Of a stretch of 64,000 nt of DNA, positions 1-12,200 are shown piece by piece. Source of the DNA: Amphiscolops sp. MND2022 (lineage: Eukaryota); the NCBI GenBank assembly GCA_964187785.1, contig OZ076409.1, forward strand, positions 82,276,001 through 82,340,000, in the 5' to 3' direction. The notes under the pieces are model-generated. The model searched no databases. It was not told where the DNA came from and saw nothing but the letters and a program-made list of their open reading frames with translations. Position 1 is the first letter of the stretch; the number at the start of each line of letters is the position of its first letter. The position numbers and the translations under genes are program-made.

Positions 1-1460
1 AAAAGATCGCAGATTGAAATACAAATTGAATCAGAAATTGAATGAATAAGTTTACAGGTACAAGCTATATATACCCTCCTAGCATCATCTGTTCATACTC
101 GCGTACTTTAATTTCCATCGAGATATTAGTCACTTCCTGTAACTTTGCGGCAAAATATTGATCTTCGTCAGCATTTCGTCAATTTTTGAGACACGGCAAT
201 TCTAATCTACTATTAGTCATCAACCATGATCATATCTTTTCATTCCGGCGTCGTTTTGTTTCCTCCCACGCCGGAAGTAGATATTACTTCAGTCTGTCAA
301 ACCGGAAATACTTCCCCGTTTTTCTGCTTTGGTTCGTAAGAAACCGACGCGGAGATGACGCTGACGTGAACAACTAATACCTGATTTTGAAATTTCACTT
401 GAAAAAAATTATGTCTAATTATCTTGATTTAGACAATTTGGTGATGCTAAGAGAGTGACTGATTTACATGAGGCTAAACAATTAAATATTTCAACAATTG
501 ATAACTATTTATCTGATTGAAGTTAGGAGCAACACCTTTGGGCAACAATAAAAGACGACGTGACATCGTCAAACAGCATATGAACTTATGAAACTAGGTA
601 ATCAAAACGTACGTTTAAAATCCAGCTTGGACTTCACTTTATTACCACAAATTGAATATAAACTGTGACTTTTCAATTTATATCGTGTTAAAACACTGTT
701 ATTTTAAGTAAATCTGAAAAATCCTGGCTTAAATACCATATTTCGTTCGAACTCAAACTTAGTCGACGCAATACTGACGTAGAAATGTGTTATCTCAACT
801 TCTAGTATATTAGTTGACGAAGCGTTGACGTAGATTCAAAATTTGGCTTGGTTAGTTAAATGGCGACGTAATGTTGACGTTGATTCATATTCTAGCTTCG
901 ATTAGTTTTACCATAGTGAAGTAAGGCTTCTTTTAAATTTAAAACTGACTAAAACGCCTAATTTCACAAATTTGGGACGTAGTGTGTACGTAAATTTGGT
1001 ATTGGACTTAGTCCGCCATTATAGTGGACGTAGCGTGGACGTAAATTTGGTATTAGACTTAGTCCACCATTATAGTGGACGTAGCGTGGACGTAAATGTG
1101 GTATTTTGGATGGATTGAAACAGCTATTTTGATGGATTTGCGACAACACGTTGACAAGTGTTCTCAGCTAGCTTGGCAATCTGCCAAGTTTGACGAGTTG
1201 CTGACGCATATTTTGGAATGAATTTTAGACTAGCTGCCAAGTTAGACGAGATGCTGACGTCATATTCTGGAATGATTTTCTGACTAGCTGCCAAGTTAGA
1301 CGAGATGCTGACGTCACTTTTTGGAATGAAATTCTAGCTAGCTGCCATAGCTGTGACGTAGCGTAGTCGCGACGTAAATTCAATCGTATTGGCGAAGCGG
1401 TGACCTATATTAGTTTTAGTTTGTTTTTAATTCAATCCAGTCCGGGTGCGGACTGTGACA
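1..1460 (-). mobile_element. Partial LTR (cut by window edge) of a relative of the giant Gypsy element at 23373-39560
   Basis: The reverse complement starts TGTCACAGTCCGCACCCGGACTGG (cf. TGTCACAGCCCGCTCCCGGTCTGG at 23373). Positions ~60-380 match the reverse complement of ~25020-25345, including GACAGACTGAAGTAATATCTACTTCC and the TGATGCTAGGAGGGTATA TATA region. Confidence 0.85.
965..1345. repeat. Two short tandem arrays (~50-55 bp units, 2-3 copies each) inside the LTR U3
   Basis: Repeated GTAAATTTGGTATT(G/A)GACTTAGTCC...ATAGTGGACGTAGCGTGGAC at ~990-1100. Repeated CTGCCAAGTT(T/A)GACGAG(T/A)TGCTGACG...GGAATGA...CTAG at ~1180-1345. Confidence 0.8.
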
Positions 1461-1579
1461 CCAACTATTACAGTCACTCGTTTTTTTCCTTTTTCTAAGA
1501 CAGGCTCGAAGCGACGAACGTTATTTAACTACTGAACGTTAATGTACTACTAAACTACTGGACCGGCAAACGAACGGGG

Positions 1580-2320
1580 GGCGCATTTAAGATAGTGCAA
1601 AGGGTCCCCCCTTTCAGTTACTCCATTTTTATCGTAAGATACAAAACCAGACGCACCTATAGGGTCCCCCCTTTGAGTTTTTTAGACACTGTGCAATTAT
1701 TTTTCGATTTTTTTGTCACCAAAGAGTCCCCCCTTCAAGTTTTTTGATAATATACAGCAAACTGAACTTTGGAAATGCCCAAAGGGTCTCCCCTTCCAAG
1801 TTTTTCGGCACTTTGAGACTGGCTCAAAATTCCTATTTTTCGACTTTTTGTTTTTTTTGAAAATTTTTTAATATCTCGAAAGGGTCCCCCTTCAATTTTT
1901 TAGGTAATTTGCAACATAATAGATATTTCACAATCCCAAAGATCCCCTCTTTTAGATTTTTCGGCACTATGAGATGGTTCAAAATTGTTATTTTTCGTCT
2001 GAAATTAGGTTTTCTCAGTATATATCTATCAATATTTTTTTCCAAAACTATACGAAACTTGGACGTAATATCCTGAGTAAAGCGCTATATCCGAATTTTT
2101 GACGTTATATCCGAATTACATTCCGTTCTACCAAGGAGGAGGCGGAGGTTCGGAAAGCGCTCCCAACTGGGCCAGCACGCTATGACCGAAGTTTGAGACG
2201 TTACACCCCGCTACAAATTGGATTTTCAAAAAACCCTTAGGGTCCCCCCTTTTAGAATTTCAAAAAGTTTGAGCTCTTTGAGCCTTAGATTTGCCGCCGA
2301 CTTTAGACGTTCCCGTCTTG
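1580..2320 (-). repeat. Dispersed non-coding repeat family with recurring GGGTCCCCCCTTT units; shared end motif CAAGxCGGGAACxxCCxAAGTCGGCGCC also at ~7520, ~62515 and, more diverged, ~4310 and ~60465
   Basis: About seven GGGTCCCCCCTT-like motifs at 1600-2250. The reverse complement of 2292-2320 matches 7521-7548 and 62515-62542. Boundaries are approximate and the class is unknown. Confidence 0.5.
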
Positions 2321-5300
2321 CTGGTCTCTCTTTTGGATACCTTCGTCAGTGAGTAACTCTTCGTCGCATCCATTTTTTTGGAATTAGTAACAAGTCGTTT
2401 TTTTTTTCAAATTTTCCGTCCATATTCCATATGGGAAAGGAAAGTTTCAAATTCAAACTGTTTTTTTCTCCTTTTGCCAAGCACAATACTTATATTCAAT
2501 TTTAAGGGTGTTTCCCATAGAATTCAACTCATATAAATTTTGTATTCACATGCATACTTATATGTATTCATAGAGATTTTTGGAACTTTTGTGAATGACA
2601 AAAAAGACCCCATAATGACCTAAAATTACCACGAAAGAAACGAAAATTCCAAAGTTTCACAATTTTTCACGTTTTTATGCTATTTGTGTCAGTTTTTCGA
2701 AATAAATCGTGGATTAAAATGTTAAAAACGTTAACAAGGGACGACATCGTTTTCCAAAAGTCCTCTATGAAGAGATAAGTGCGGCTTTTCAAAGAAAAAT
2801 ACCCCAAAAACGACAAAACGTTCGAAAATTTTTGTCAAATTATCATAGACTTTGTGGACTAGAAAGTTGAATCTCCTAAACAAGGGAAGGACTCGTTGTT
2901 TCAGTGAGCTCTCGTTAAGAGATAAAAACAATTTGTATTAAGAAATTGCTTCAAGTTGATCCTGAAAATGTCGAAAAAATTGAAGTTTTGTCGTTTTTCA
3001 TGCATTTTCTGTACAATTTCCGGGAGGTTCTGATACAAGATCCAACACAATCAAAAACGAAACAGCGAGCTATGCAGTAACTTTTTTCAAGAAAACGTTG
3101 CGGCGTTTTGCTTCAAAAACACTTCAGAATGACTCCAAAGGCATTGAAATATTGAAACATTTCAAAATTTTCACGTTTTTCTGGAACTATTTGTGTACTT
3201 TTTGTAACCGTTTGGATTCAGAATGTTGGCAAACGTTCAAAAAAGATTGAACTCATAATCCAGTAGGCTTATAAAGAATTACTTTCAGACTTCGGTTGAA
3301 ACGGCTCGAAATTGTGCGCAAAAATGGAAATTCAAAAATTGTTGTCGATTTCTGACATTTTCAGTGAATTTCTATTTGAGTTTTGAAAAATGATGATGAT
3401 AAAACTAAATCCGCAGCAGCACGTTTTTATAAGAGAAATTTGCAAGTTCCAGGAAAATAACTGAATTTATGGTTTCAGCAGAATGACCAAAAAATTTCAA
3501 GTTTTTCATTTTTCACGCAGTTTTTCGTAAAATTTCGAGCCCACTTCCCTGCATTAAATGGTTTAATCAACTCAACAAGGACTTATCCCGGTATCCAGCA
3601 GGCATTTCCGAAGATATATTTACAATTTTTTGTTGGAATTGGTCTCAAAAAGACCCTAAAATCCAAAATAGAAAAAAACCACGTTTCTCGATATTTCAAT
3701 TCCAATTTTTGTTCAAACCACGAAAGTTTCGATTTATTAGTACGTCCGGTGATTTGAATAATGAATAAAACAAAATGGTATTCGAAACGCAATTTGGGAA
3801 AGCGAGTGGGATGAATTTCATCAATAGGCTCAGGATTGGAACGTGTAGCTACCTGTAGTGTTTCGAAAAGATATCAGAAAGTTTATTTGGTTAATTTTCA
3901 AAAAAATCACTTGAAATAAAAAAGTTCTTTCTTGACCTTATTTTTCTAATATTTATTATTCGAAAAATTTCACGCAAAATCTCTAGCATATGGAGTACTC
4001 CTTCCAAACGAAATATTTGTTGCCTTTTCCAAAGAAAGAAAAAAACCAGGAAGGAAGAGAGAATGAACCAAAAATCAAAAACTTTTCGACGTTTTCCACC
4101 AACTTTCTTAAGGTTTTTCCAGCTACTTCTTTAGTTAGAATGTTGTAAACATTCAACAACAATTAAGCTCGGTGACCAATCGGCATATTTTGGAAGATAC
4201 ATCTGTGGTTTCATATGGGAAAAGTTTATAAAATTGACCCCAAGTTTGTCGAAAGTATCTGATTTTTAAAAATATTTGACAGTTCTGTCGAAACATTGTG
4301 CGAAAAAATAACCAGCCGGGACCGGCTCAAGCAGTAGCCCCGCTCATGTTTCCGAAACTTGCAAAGGACCCCAGGTTCAAACTTTTAACGTTTTCTCAAA
4401 GCCAAAAATTACCCCAGAAAATACGCCTGAGACTCGGAATCTACTTTTTCCCCAATAGGAATAAAATAAATCCAATTTGTTGAGTTGTTTTTGCAAAAAT
4501 TCCATAATGGCGAAAAAAGTTTATGCTCGCCAAACTACTTTTCTCAAGCGGAAATCAGCTTTGAAAGCAAGGGGTTACCCTTTGACCAAATAAAAGTTTC
4601 GGAAAGACGCCCAAAGCCAAAAAACTGAAACGAGGTATTTTCCACAATCATTCAGAAAACGCATCAGTTCCACAGTATCAAAAGTAACAATTTGGTCATC
4701 CTCAATATTCGGGAAGCTTACTTCTTTCACAGAAAACCTCAAAAACTACAAACAGCGAAAAATGTTTTTCGAGAATTGTTCCCGAAAAGTTTTTCGAATT
4801 GTTTCTCTTTACTCGCTAAGCCGCATAGTGCCGACAAACGAAAAGTGGCCAGCTTTCGCCCAATCAATAGATTAGGTGTTTCCTTTAAAATGGGCTAAGA
4901 TGAATCAAAGCTTCTTTTTCGAACTTCTTTGCGTTTTCATAGTGCATTGGCTATTCTTGAGCCTCAAATTCATGTAGCTGTGGAACAGTTTACGGTGGAA
5001 AATATCTCGCTGCTCAACGGGCGTCTTGTTATAATTTCAACGAGGAAAAATTTAGAATTTTCAAGGATGAAAAGCGATAAATATCAAACTTTAATTTTAC
5101 GTTTCCATCTTTTTCGGATGTTTTTCACGTAGATCTACATCGTTGACATGATCATTCGTTGATTTATCGATAGTTCACAACATTGAACAACATTGAACAA
5201 AATAGTTTTTACTGAAACATGAGATTGTGTTTATAAGAACGCTTCGAAAGCAGCAAACTGTGTTAAGTCTTTCGACGCAAGTTGTGAAAATTTTCAATAG

Positions 5301-6630
5301 TGTGTTGGTTTTAGCTACGCTCGAGTCCTAGAAATACTTTGTTTCTAAATGAGTTTCTGGCGAAAATTATACTAGTGCTCAGAGGTGTTTTTTTTATTCT
5401 GCAACTTCTGAAAGCAGTATCGGAACTGAACATTACCGGAGGAAAACTTGATCAATTTAGCTCTTAAGAGACAAAACTGAATTTGGAAGCAACAAAACTG
5501 AGTTTGGAAGAGATCATCCTATGTCATTTTTGACTGTTTCTGAAGCTTATGTTGATAAAACTTATTACATCAACATGGAAGTAACCCATTTTTTAAGGAG
5601 AGCTGATTTTCTTTTTTTTTTTTCAAAAAGCAAGTTTTTTTTAAAAAAAGCAGCATTTTTTTTCTATATTACAGAGGAGTTTTTCGTGATTGGTAAGAAC
5701 TTGTCCAGGATTTGTGATGGTAAAAGTGGCCATTGTACACTTGTAAGGACTGATACAAAATTTGACAAGTCGTTGGGAAACCCTGACTGTCCTTGTATTT
5801 ACAAATTTTTCCATACGGGAATACCAACAAAATACAGTTCTATATCTCATGATTTTTCAAATCATTCTCAAAGTAGTTCTCCGGCTTTCAAACTCTTTTA
5901 CAATTGCGTCACAGTTGATAATGAATGTTTCTCGAACTAGATTGGCAATAAAATGCATCTCGATTTGATGAAACTTGTCTCTGTTGCTTATTATTTCCGA
6001 CTAGATGTCTCCATCGTCATAATATAAGAAGTAGCTCTCCATAACACTTTAAATCTTTTTATTACTTTCAAATTATTGACGTCTCTCAAAACTATCCGCC
6101 TTCCTTCATTTCATTTTTTCGCGGCGACCTCTAGTAACACTGGGCTGGCTATAGCAATGGTTATAAAATGTCCACTGAGCTGCAAATATTTGCTTTTTCG
6201 AAAGAGTTCGGTGTTTGTTTGATCAACAAGTGGGCCGGGTATTTAATCTTACTCAATCCCTTGGATCTGCCAAAATTGGAAATGCCTCTAGAAATATCCG
6301 CCCTTCTTTGATACTCTGCCAACCAAGAAAATGTCAAATTGATCAACCATTTATGGTTTTAGGCGATTTTCGAGAGCCTTTTGCATTGAGACAGCATCAA
6401 TTGTCTGTGGAGGTCTTTGAAAAAGAATTTGAACATTTGAAATTTAAATGATTTTGATGCGATGACCTTGGATTACTGTGAGAAAACTGGATCTGACTTA
6501 GATGATCTCTCGATGCTTTCTCTTGGAAGGTACTTTTGAAAAAGGTTTCTCAAAATTCAAACACTATAAAAAATAAAAATATAATAAAAACTATAAAAAT
6601 TCAATAATTGGACTGCGTTTTTTGTTTCAG

Positions 6631-6765
6631 ACGAGCTAGATGACAGCGAGCAAATAATTCTGTGGAACTTGAATGAAATAACGCTGACTACTCAATCAAC
6701 GGCAACTTTTTACGTGGATAGCAAAGTGGAACTTACAACTACCACCATGTTCTACGAATCTTTGG
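6631..6765 (+). CDS. Probable exon of the Cys-loop ligand-gated ion channel (extracellular domain after the Cys-loop)
   Basis: TTTGTTTCAG acceptor. Open reading (Y)ELDDSEQIILWNLNEITL...TTTMFYESL resembles the SY..D....W to loop C segment. The phase-1 end joins in frame to 16115 (G+AT = D, giving ...ESLDTNYTKLCMEVRLAR). The donor GTCCGC is weak. Confidence 0.55.
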
Positions 6766-8992
6766 GTCCGCTGATAAACTTTGTACTTCCTTTCTTTTAA
6801 AAAACACCTAGAAAATATCAGAAGGAGTTAAATTTTTGGCATATGATTTCCTCCAAACACTCACCATATAAAACTCAGCTTTAATAATCTCGACAGTACA
6901 CCGAGAAGTCGAAAAATTGACAAAATTTTGGCAATATTTTTTCAAAGCTTCATTTCTCCACAAATAATAGCTGCAGCTCCAATCGGTTTTCTGTTCCTGA
7001 AAGCCCTTCACCCCAGCTTTCAAATGCACACTAGTTAGGTCGCGAGTTAGCGCCACTTGTTGGGGTGAGAGCGCCACCCCGGCGGCGAGGGCCCGGCTGC
7101 GCCGGGCCTTTCCAATATGTGTTGAACTCATAACTGAAGCGTCTTTGAAAAAACTTCTATATGCGTTTTCAATGGTAGCAAACTGTGTTATTAGAGTGGG
7201 ACAGTAACTTAGCAAACTGTTGCTCAGTTATTAAGAAAAAGCGAATTTTCTGAAATGTACTTTTTTGCAATTTTTCTCTTTTTTCAGTTACTTATTTGCC
7301 AGTGGCTCGGAAAAAAATCTATATTGACACAAATAACAATTCACACCAGATAGTCCAATAGATTGTCGATAAGAAAGACATTTTTCGTTTTCCTGTATGC
7401 TTTTTGCGTGTCGTAATTTATTATTGATTGCGAAAAAAATCGCTGTCCTCATTTGAGGACGACAACATTGTCGAAGATAAAGCTGTAATTGTAACAAAAT
7501 ATTAATGTTGTATGTGGCAACAAAACGGGAACGTCCCAAGTCGGCGCCTGATAAGAGCTCAAAAAGCGCTAAGTTTTCAAAACATGCTTAGGGCTTTTCA
7601 AAGTATAATGTTAAAACTATATTAAGTGTGCCGAAAAAAACCAAAAGATCTTTCCGTGCTCCGATAATGCTTTTCTATCACTGACAACTTTGAGAAACAA
7701 AATGGCAAAATAGGTTTTTTTTTCTATTTTTTCTTCCGAAAAAAGTTTCACAGTGCCAAAAAAACCTCGAAAAGGACACTTCAAACTCTTGAAAAGTATT
7801 GCCCTAACTGAAAACATGAGGAAAACTAATGTGGACCCTTTGGATAAAAATTGACAACCAAATCGAAAAAAGAGTTGAATAGTGCCGAACGAAAACACTA
7901 CGGGGACCCTTTGGTCCCATGTAGTTTCAAAAAGATAGTAAAAACTGGTAAAGAACTCAGAATGTACCCTTTAGCCTCCTTCGGTACAGTTTGGAATTTA
8001 AAAGAGAAGTCTTTTACAAATTGGACAATTCAGTGTGAGGTCTTTGGTCTGACAACAAACTTGTCATTAGAAGAGTTGGGCACAATTTGTTACAGATAGA
8101 GCCGAGTGAAAACCAGGTCATACGCTCAGAACAATTTACCGAACGATATATTATATCCATTAACCACATGGTTTGGGATTTTCCGTTTCAGCCAGTTTTT
8201 TGTAAAAAAAATTTTTCCTGCACGAATTTCTGCTATAACATATATAACGATGTAACGGCATCATCCAGTGACCTAAATTTTTGACATTTTTTGAAAAATT
8301 CGTTCAAATCTGACGTGGCATCCTGAGCATGTTTTTGATGAAGTACCTGCCAGAAAACAGCTGAGCAAAAGGTCAGAGAAGCTGCCTCGCGAGACGACCG
8401 AGAAGAACGACGGCATACAGTAGCCAAAAGCGCACAAAAACCACAGTGTTGCCCGAAGAAATATGTATTTTTTTGGCTGCAAACCCAGTGTTCCCGATGA
8501 CAACTTCAAGAATCTGCCAGTGCCCCGGGTTGTGGCAAACTCGAGCGCTGGTGCCTCAACGACCTGACATCGACTATTCCACCGAACTGGACTGAATTAT
8601 CATAATTTGTTTGTTGTTTAGTGTATTTAGATCGAATTATGCTCGAGGGCTAAAGTTATTTCATCGCTTGTGCCATTTGCTTGTAAGAGATTCTATTGTA
8701 GGAATCTGTGAAGTCGTCGTAAAGACATCGTGAGTTGAAGAATTCATTGGCGGTATGATAGATTCAAACAAACCTATTCTTGGTTACATAGTGACAGGTT
8801 TTTAGTAAATTTAGCTGGTACATAATCAGTTCATCTGAAGTTTGAGTTTATGATAACGTATTGGTCTTCAGCGACCTCTAACACCCCCGCACGATGAAGG
8901 CTGTCGTGGATGTAGTTACTGCCAGACGTTGCAGGCACAGTTGGTAGAGGCTAGTAGCTGGCAGCTAGAAAACTGCCTCGGTGATGGAGACT

Positions 8993-9160
8993 ACTGTGCC
9001 TAGCCATCTGACGTGCTAGGGCAACAGGGAAGAATGAAGGTTGACAACCACTGTGCCGAGCCATCTGTCGTGCTAGGGCAGTGATTGAGAGAGCACTGCT
9101 GAAGGAAGTAGATTGGAGATTGAAGACTACTGTGCCCAGCCATCTGTCGTGCTAGGGCAG
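8993..9160. repeat. Three ~30-bp direct repeats in the Copia 3' UTR
   Basis: CTGTGCCxAGCCATCTG(A/T)CGTGCTAGGGCA at ~8993, ~9051 and ~9130. Confidence 0.75.
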
Positions 9161-9225
9161 TAGTAGAGGGGGCGTCGCAACTAAATATGAAGAGGGTTAA
9201 GTAGATCACACATGAAAAAAAGACA

Positions 9226-12200
9226 TCAATGATTGAAGCACCATGAGCCGAATATAAATGATAAAGGTAAAAGACATGAAGTGGAAGAAGGTAACGGTAA
9301 AGAGTTATGAGGGTGGCTGAAAAGTTGGTTTCGGAGTTGCATGAAGGGAGGCTTGAGCATGTTCTTGATGAAGTTGTCGGCCACGTTGTCAGCTGTTGGG
9401 ATGTATTCCAGTTGCAATTTCGTTGCTTCGATGAGGTGCCGGATGAAATGATGCCTCGTCTCGATGAGCTTGGCCCGATTGTGGGAGACTGGGGCATTGG
9501 CCAGGGCGATTGCACCCTGATTGTCACCGTAGACAAAAGTAGTGACCATCGGCGAGTCGAACAAGAGATGAAAGTCAGCAGCCCCTGCATGAAAATGGCT
9601 TCCTGTGCTGCTAAAGCTGAAGCAACATACTCAGCCTCACAGGAACTAAGTGCAACCTAAGCTTGTTTTTTAGTAGCCCAAGACACCACACTACTATTCC
9701 TGTTCACCTTAAAGCAAAAACCAGAAGTTGACTTCCCATCATCCTCATCGGTCGCTCAGTCCGCGTCAGAGTATCCGAAGAGCTCGAACGCTGTACCCCT
9801 GTTAGAAACTAAAGTAATATTAGTAGACCCCTTCAAGTAGCGAAGTAAATGCTTAAGTGCCACTCAGTGCTCCTTGCCCGTATTAGAGACAAACTCTGCA
9901 AGTTATACACTGCAAAGCAAATATTAGGCCAACTAACAGCCGAAAGTTACATCAAGTTTCCAACTAGGCTGCGATAGGGCTTGTTACATCTTGCCATCAT
10001 AGGCGCCTCACTCGACCCATCCTCAGGACAATGTTTGGGGCACGAGCGGAGCGAGATTGCCCATATGGTGACGTTTTTTTTTTCGCAGATTTCGCGACAT
10101 GTGCCAACTTTTCAAACTTGTGCGACAAATTTCTCAAAACCCATAACAGATACGGACACCATGTTTCCGCTAAAAGTTGCGCAGGTTCCTGGGCTACATT
10201 TTCGTCGAAAAAAAATTTCGAAAAAAATTCGGCTTCATGGTTTTTTTTAAAAAGAAGTTTTGAAAAAACGCTATTTTTGACTATTTTTTATGTTTGAACC
10301 CCTATTTCTCAGAACCAGGATCAAATACAGGGTCCATGGTTTCGTGTAATTTACAAGCGTTTCATAGGCTACATTTTCGGTCAAAATTGGCGTCAAAATT
10401 TTTTTCAGACTTCGTTTTTTGGGCAAAAAAATGGATGAAAAAAAATGTCGAAAAATTTTTTGTCATTTGTAGCTCATATTTCTCAAAACTGACGAAAGAT
10501 ACAGAAACCATTCTCCCTCAAGATAAACAGCAAGGATGTAAGCTAGGTTTTGTACCAACATAGTTTCCGTCATCACGTATGACGCGTTCGTTTTTCTGCT
10601 AAAAATACTTGTTTTTTTTGAAAAATTTTCCTATTTATTTTATACTTGAGCCCCTATATCTCAAGACCGAGAACAAATACGCAGTCCATGGTTTCGTAAT
10701 TTGTACTAGGGCTCAGTAGGCTGCGTTTAAAACCAATAATGACGTCGAATTTTTTTTGCTCCGGTTTTTTTCGGCAAATAAAGGGATGAAGAAAAAATTC
10801 GAAAAATTTCCCATTTTTTCATAACTTGTAATGGATTTTCCTCAAAACTGAAAAGAGATACGAAAAACCTTTGTCCTAGCCAAAAATTGGGTAGAATCCC
10901 TGGCTACCTTTTCGTTGAAAAAATTTTTCAAAAAGAATTCGGCTTCCTGTTTTTTTTTTGAAAAAAGTTTTGAAAAAACGCAAATTTTTTAGAGTGTTTC
11001 ATCTTTCATCCCTTATTTCTCAAAACCGAGACCAGATAGAGAAACCATTCTTCCTCAAGACAAATAGCAAGGATGTGGGCTTTTTTGTACTAATCAAGTT
11101 TTCGTCATCAAGTATGACGCCTGCGTTTTTCTGCTAAAATTACAATTTTCATTTTTCTCAAACTTCAATTTCTCACCTTTCTTTTTAGTTCTTTCATCTA
11201 AATTTTCTTGATCTGAGACTAGATAAGTTCACTAGGTTTTGGAATCTGGGATATACACATTTTCTAGCACCTTCTGCAGACCATTGAACGTTTCTGCTCG
11301 TGCCCAAGCGCGACATGCCGTCGCGCCTATGTTTTTTTATTGCTTAGTGCCTGGTACTGCGAGTGTTGACGTCGGATTGCACTCACTCATGTTCCCTTTC
11401 GCTAAGATATCCAAGACGCACGACCTTTGACTAAGTTCTATGGATCCAGTTGACTGACTTGTGTTACAACCAGGAAACCAAGTCATAAGACCCCTGACCT
11501 CAATGCTAATGTCCCGCTGAAGAGCGTTTATGAAAGACAAGGCCAATTTTTCTTCATTTGAAAAGTGCAAGATATTGTCCACCCAAATAAGTACAAACAC
11601 GTTTGTGTCCCCGTTGCTTAAGAGGAAAAGGCAGTAATCAATTTCAGAGCGTACAAAACCATTTGTTAGGAACCAAGTTGTTAGCTTGCGGTTCCACTCC
11701 CGGCCGGCTTGTTTTAAACCGTAAAGACATTTTAGAAGCATGAAATAGAGTTTTGCGCCGTTTCACCCCACTTGAACAAATCCCTCCGATTACTCTACGT
11801 AAATTACATCTTGAAGCTCTGCGTTCAAGAAGGCGGAACAAACATCGAGTTGGAAAACAAAAGCCCCATTTCTGCCGCTAAAGATAGACAAAATCTCAAT
11901 GTTGTGAGCTTTGCTGTTGGAGGAAGTGTTTCGCTATAGTCAGACCCAAAACCACGTGCTACAAATCGAGCCTTGAATTTTTCAATTGAACCATCGTCTT
12001 TTCTTTTTACTTTGAAAACCCACCGACTACCTTTAGGCTTTTTGTCTTCCGGTAACTCCGACAAAATCCTTGTTTTGTTTTTCAAAAGCGCCGAATATTC
12101 TTTTTCCACTGCCCGCTGCCACTCTTCCTTTTCAGGAGAAAACATTGCCTCATTGAAGGTCAGGTTATCTTCAATGGTTTCAGACGGAAGACATTCTTCT

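Noticed and set aside
965..1345. CRISPR-like repeat array
   Set aside because: The units are tandem copies without unique spacers, lie inside a eukaryotic LTR, and have no cas genes.
6808..7215. 135-aa ORF and GC hairpin GGCCCGGC-tgc-GCCGGGCC (7090-7108)
   Set aside because: The ORF has no recognisable features. The hairpin may be a Helitron-like end, but no matching other end was found.
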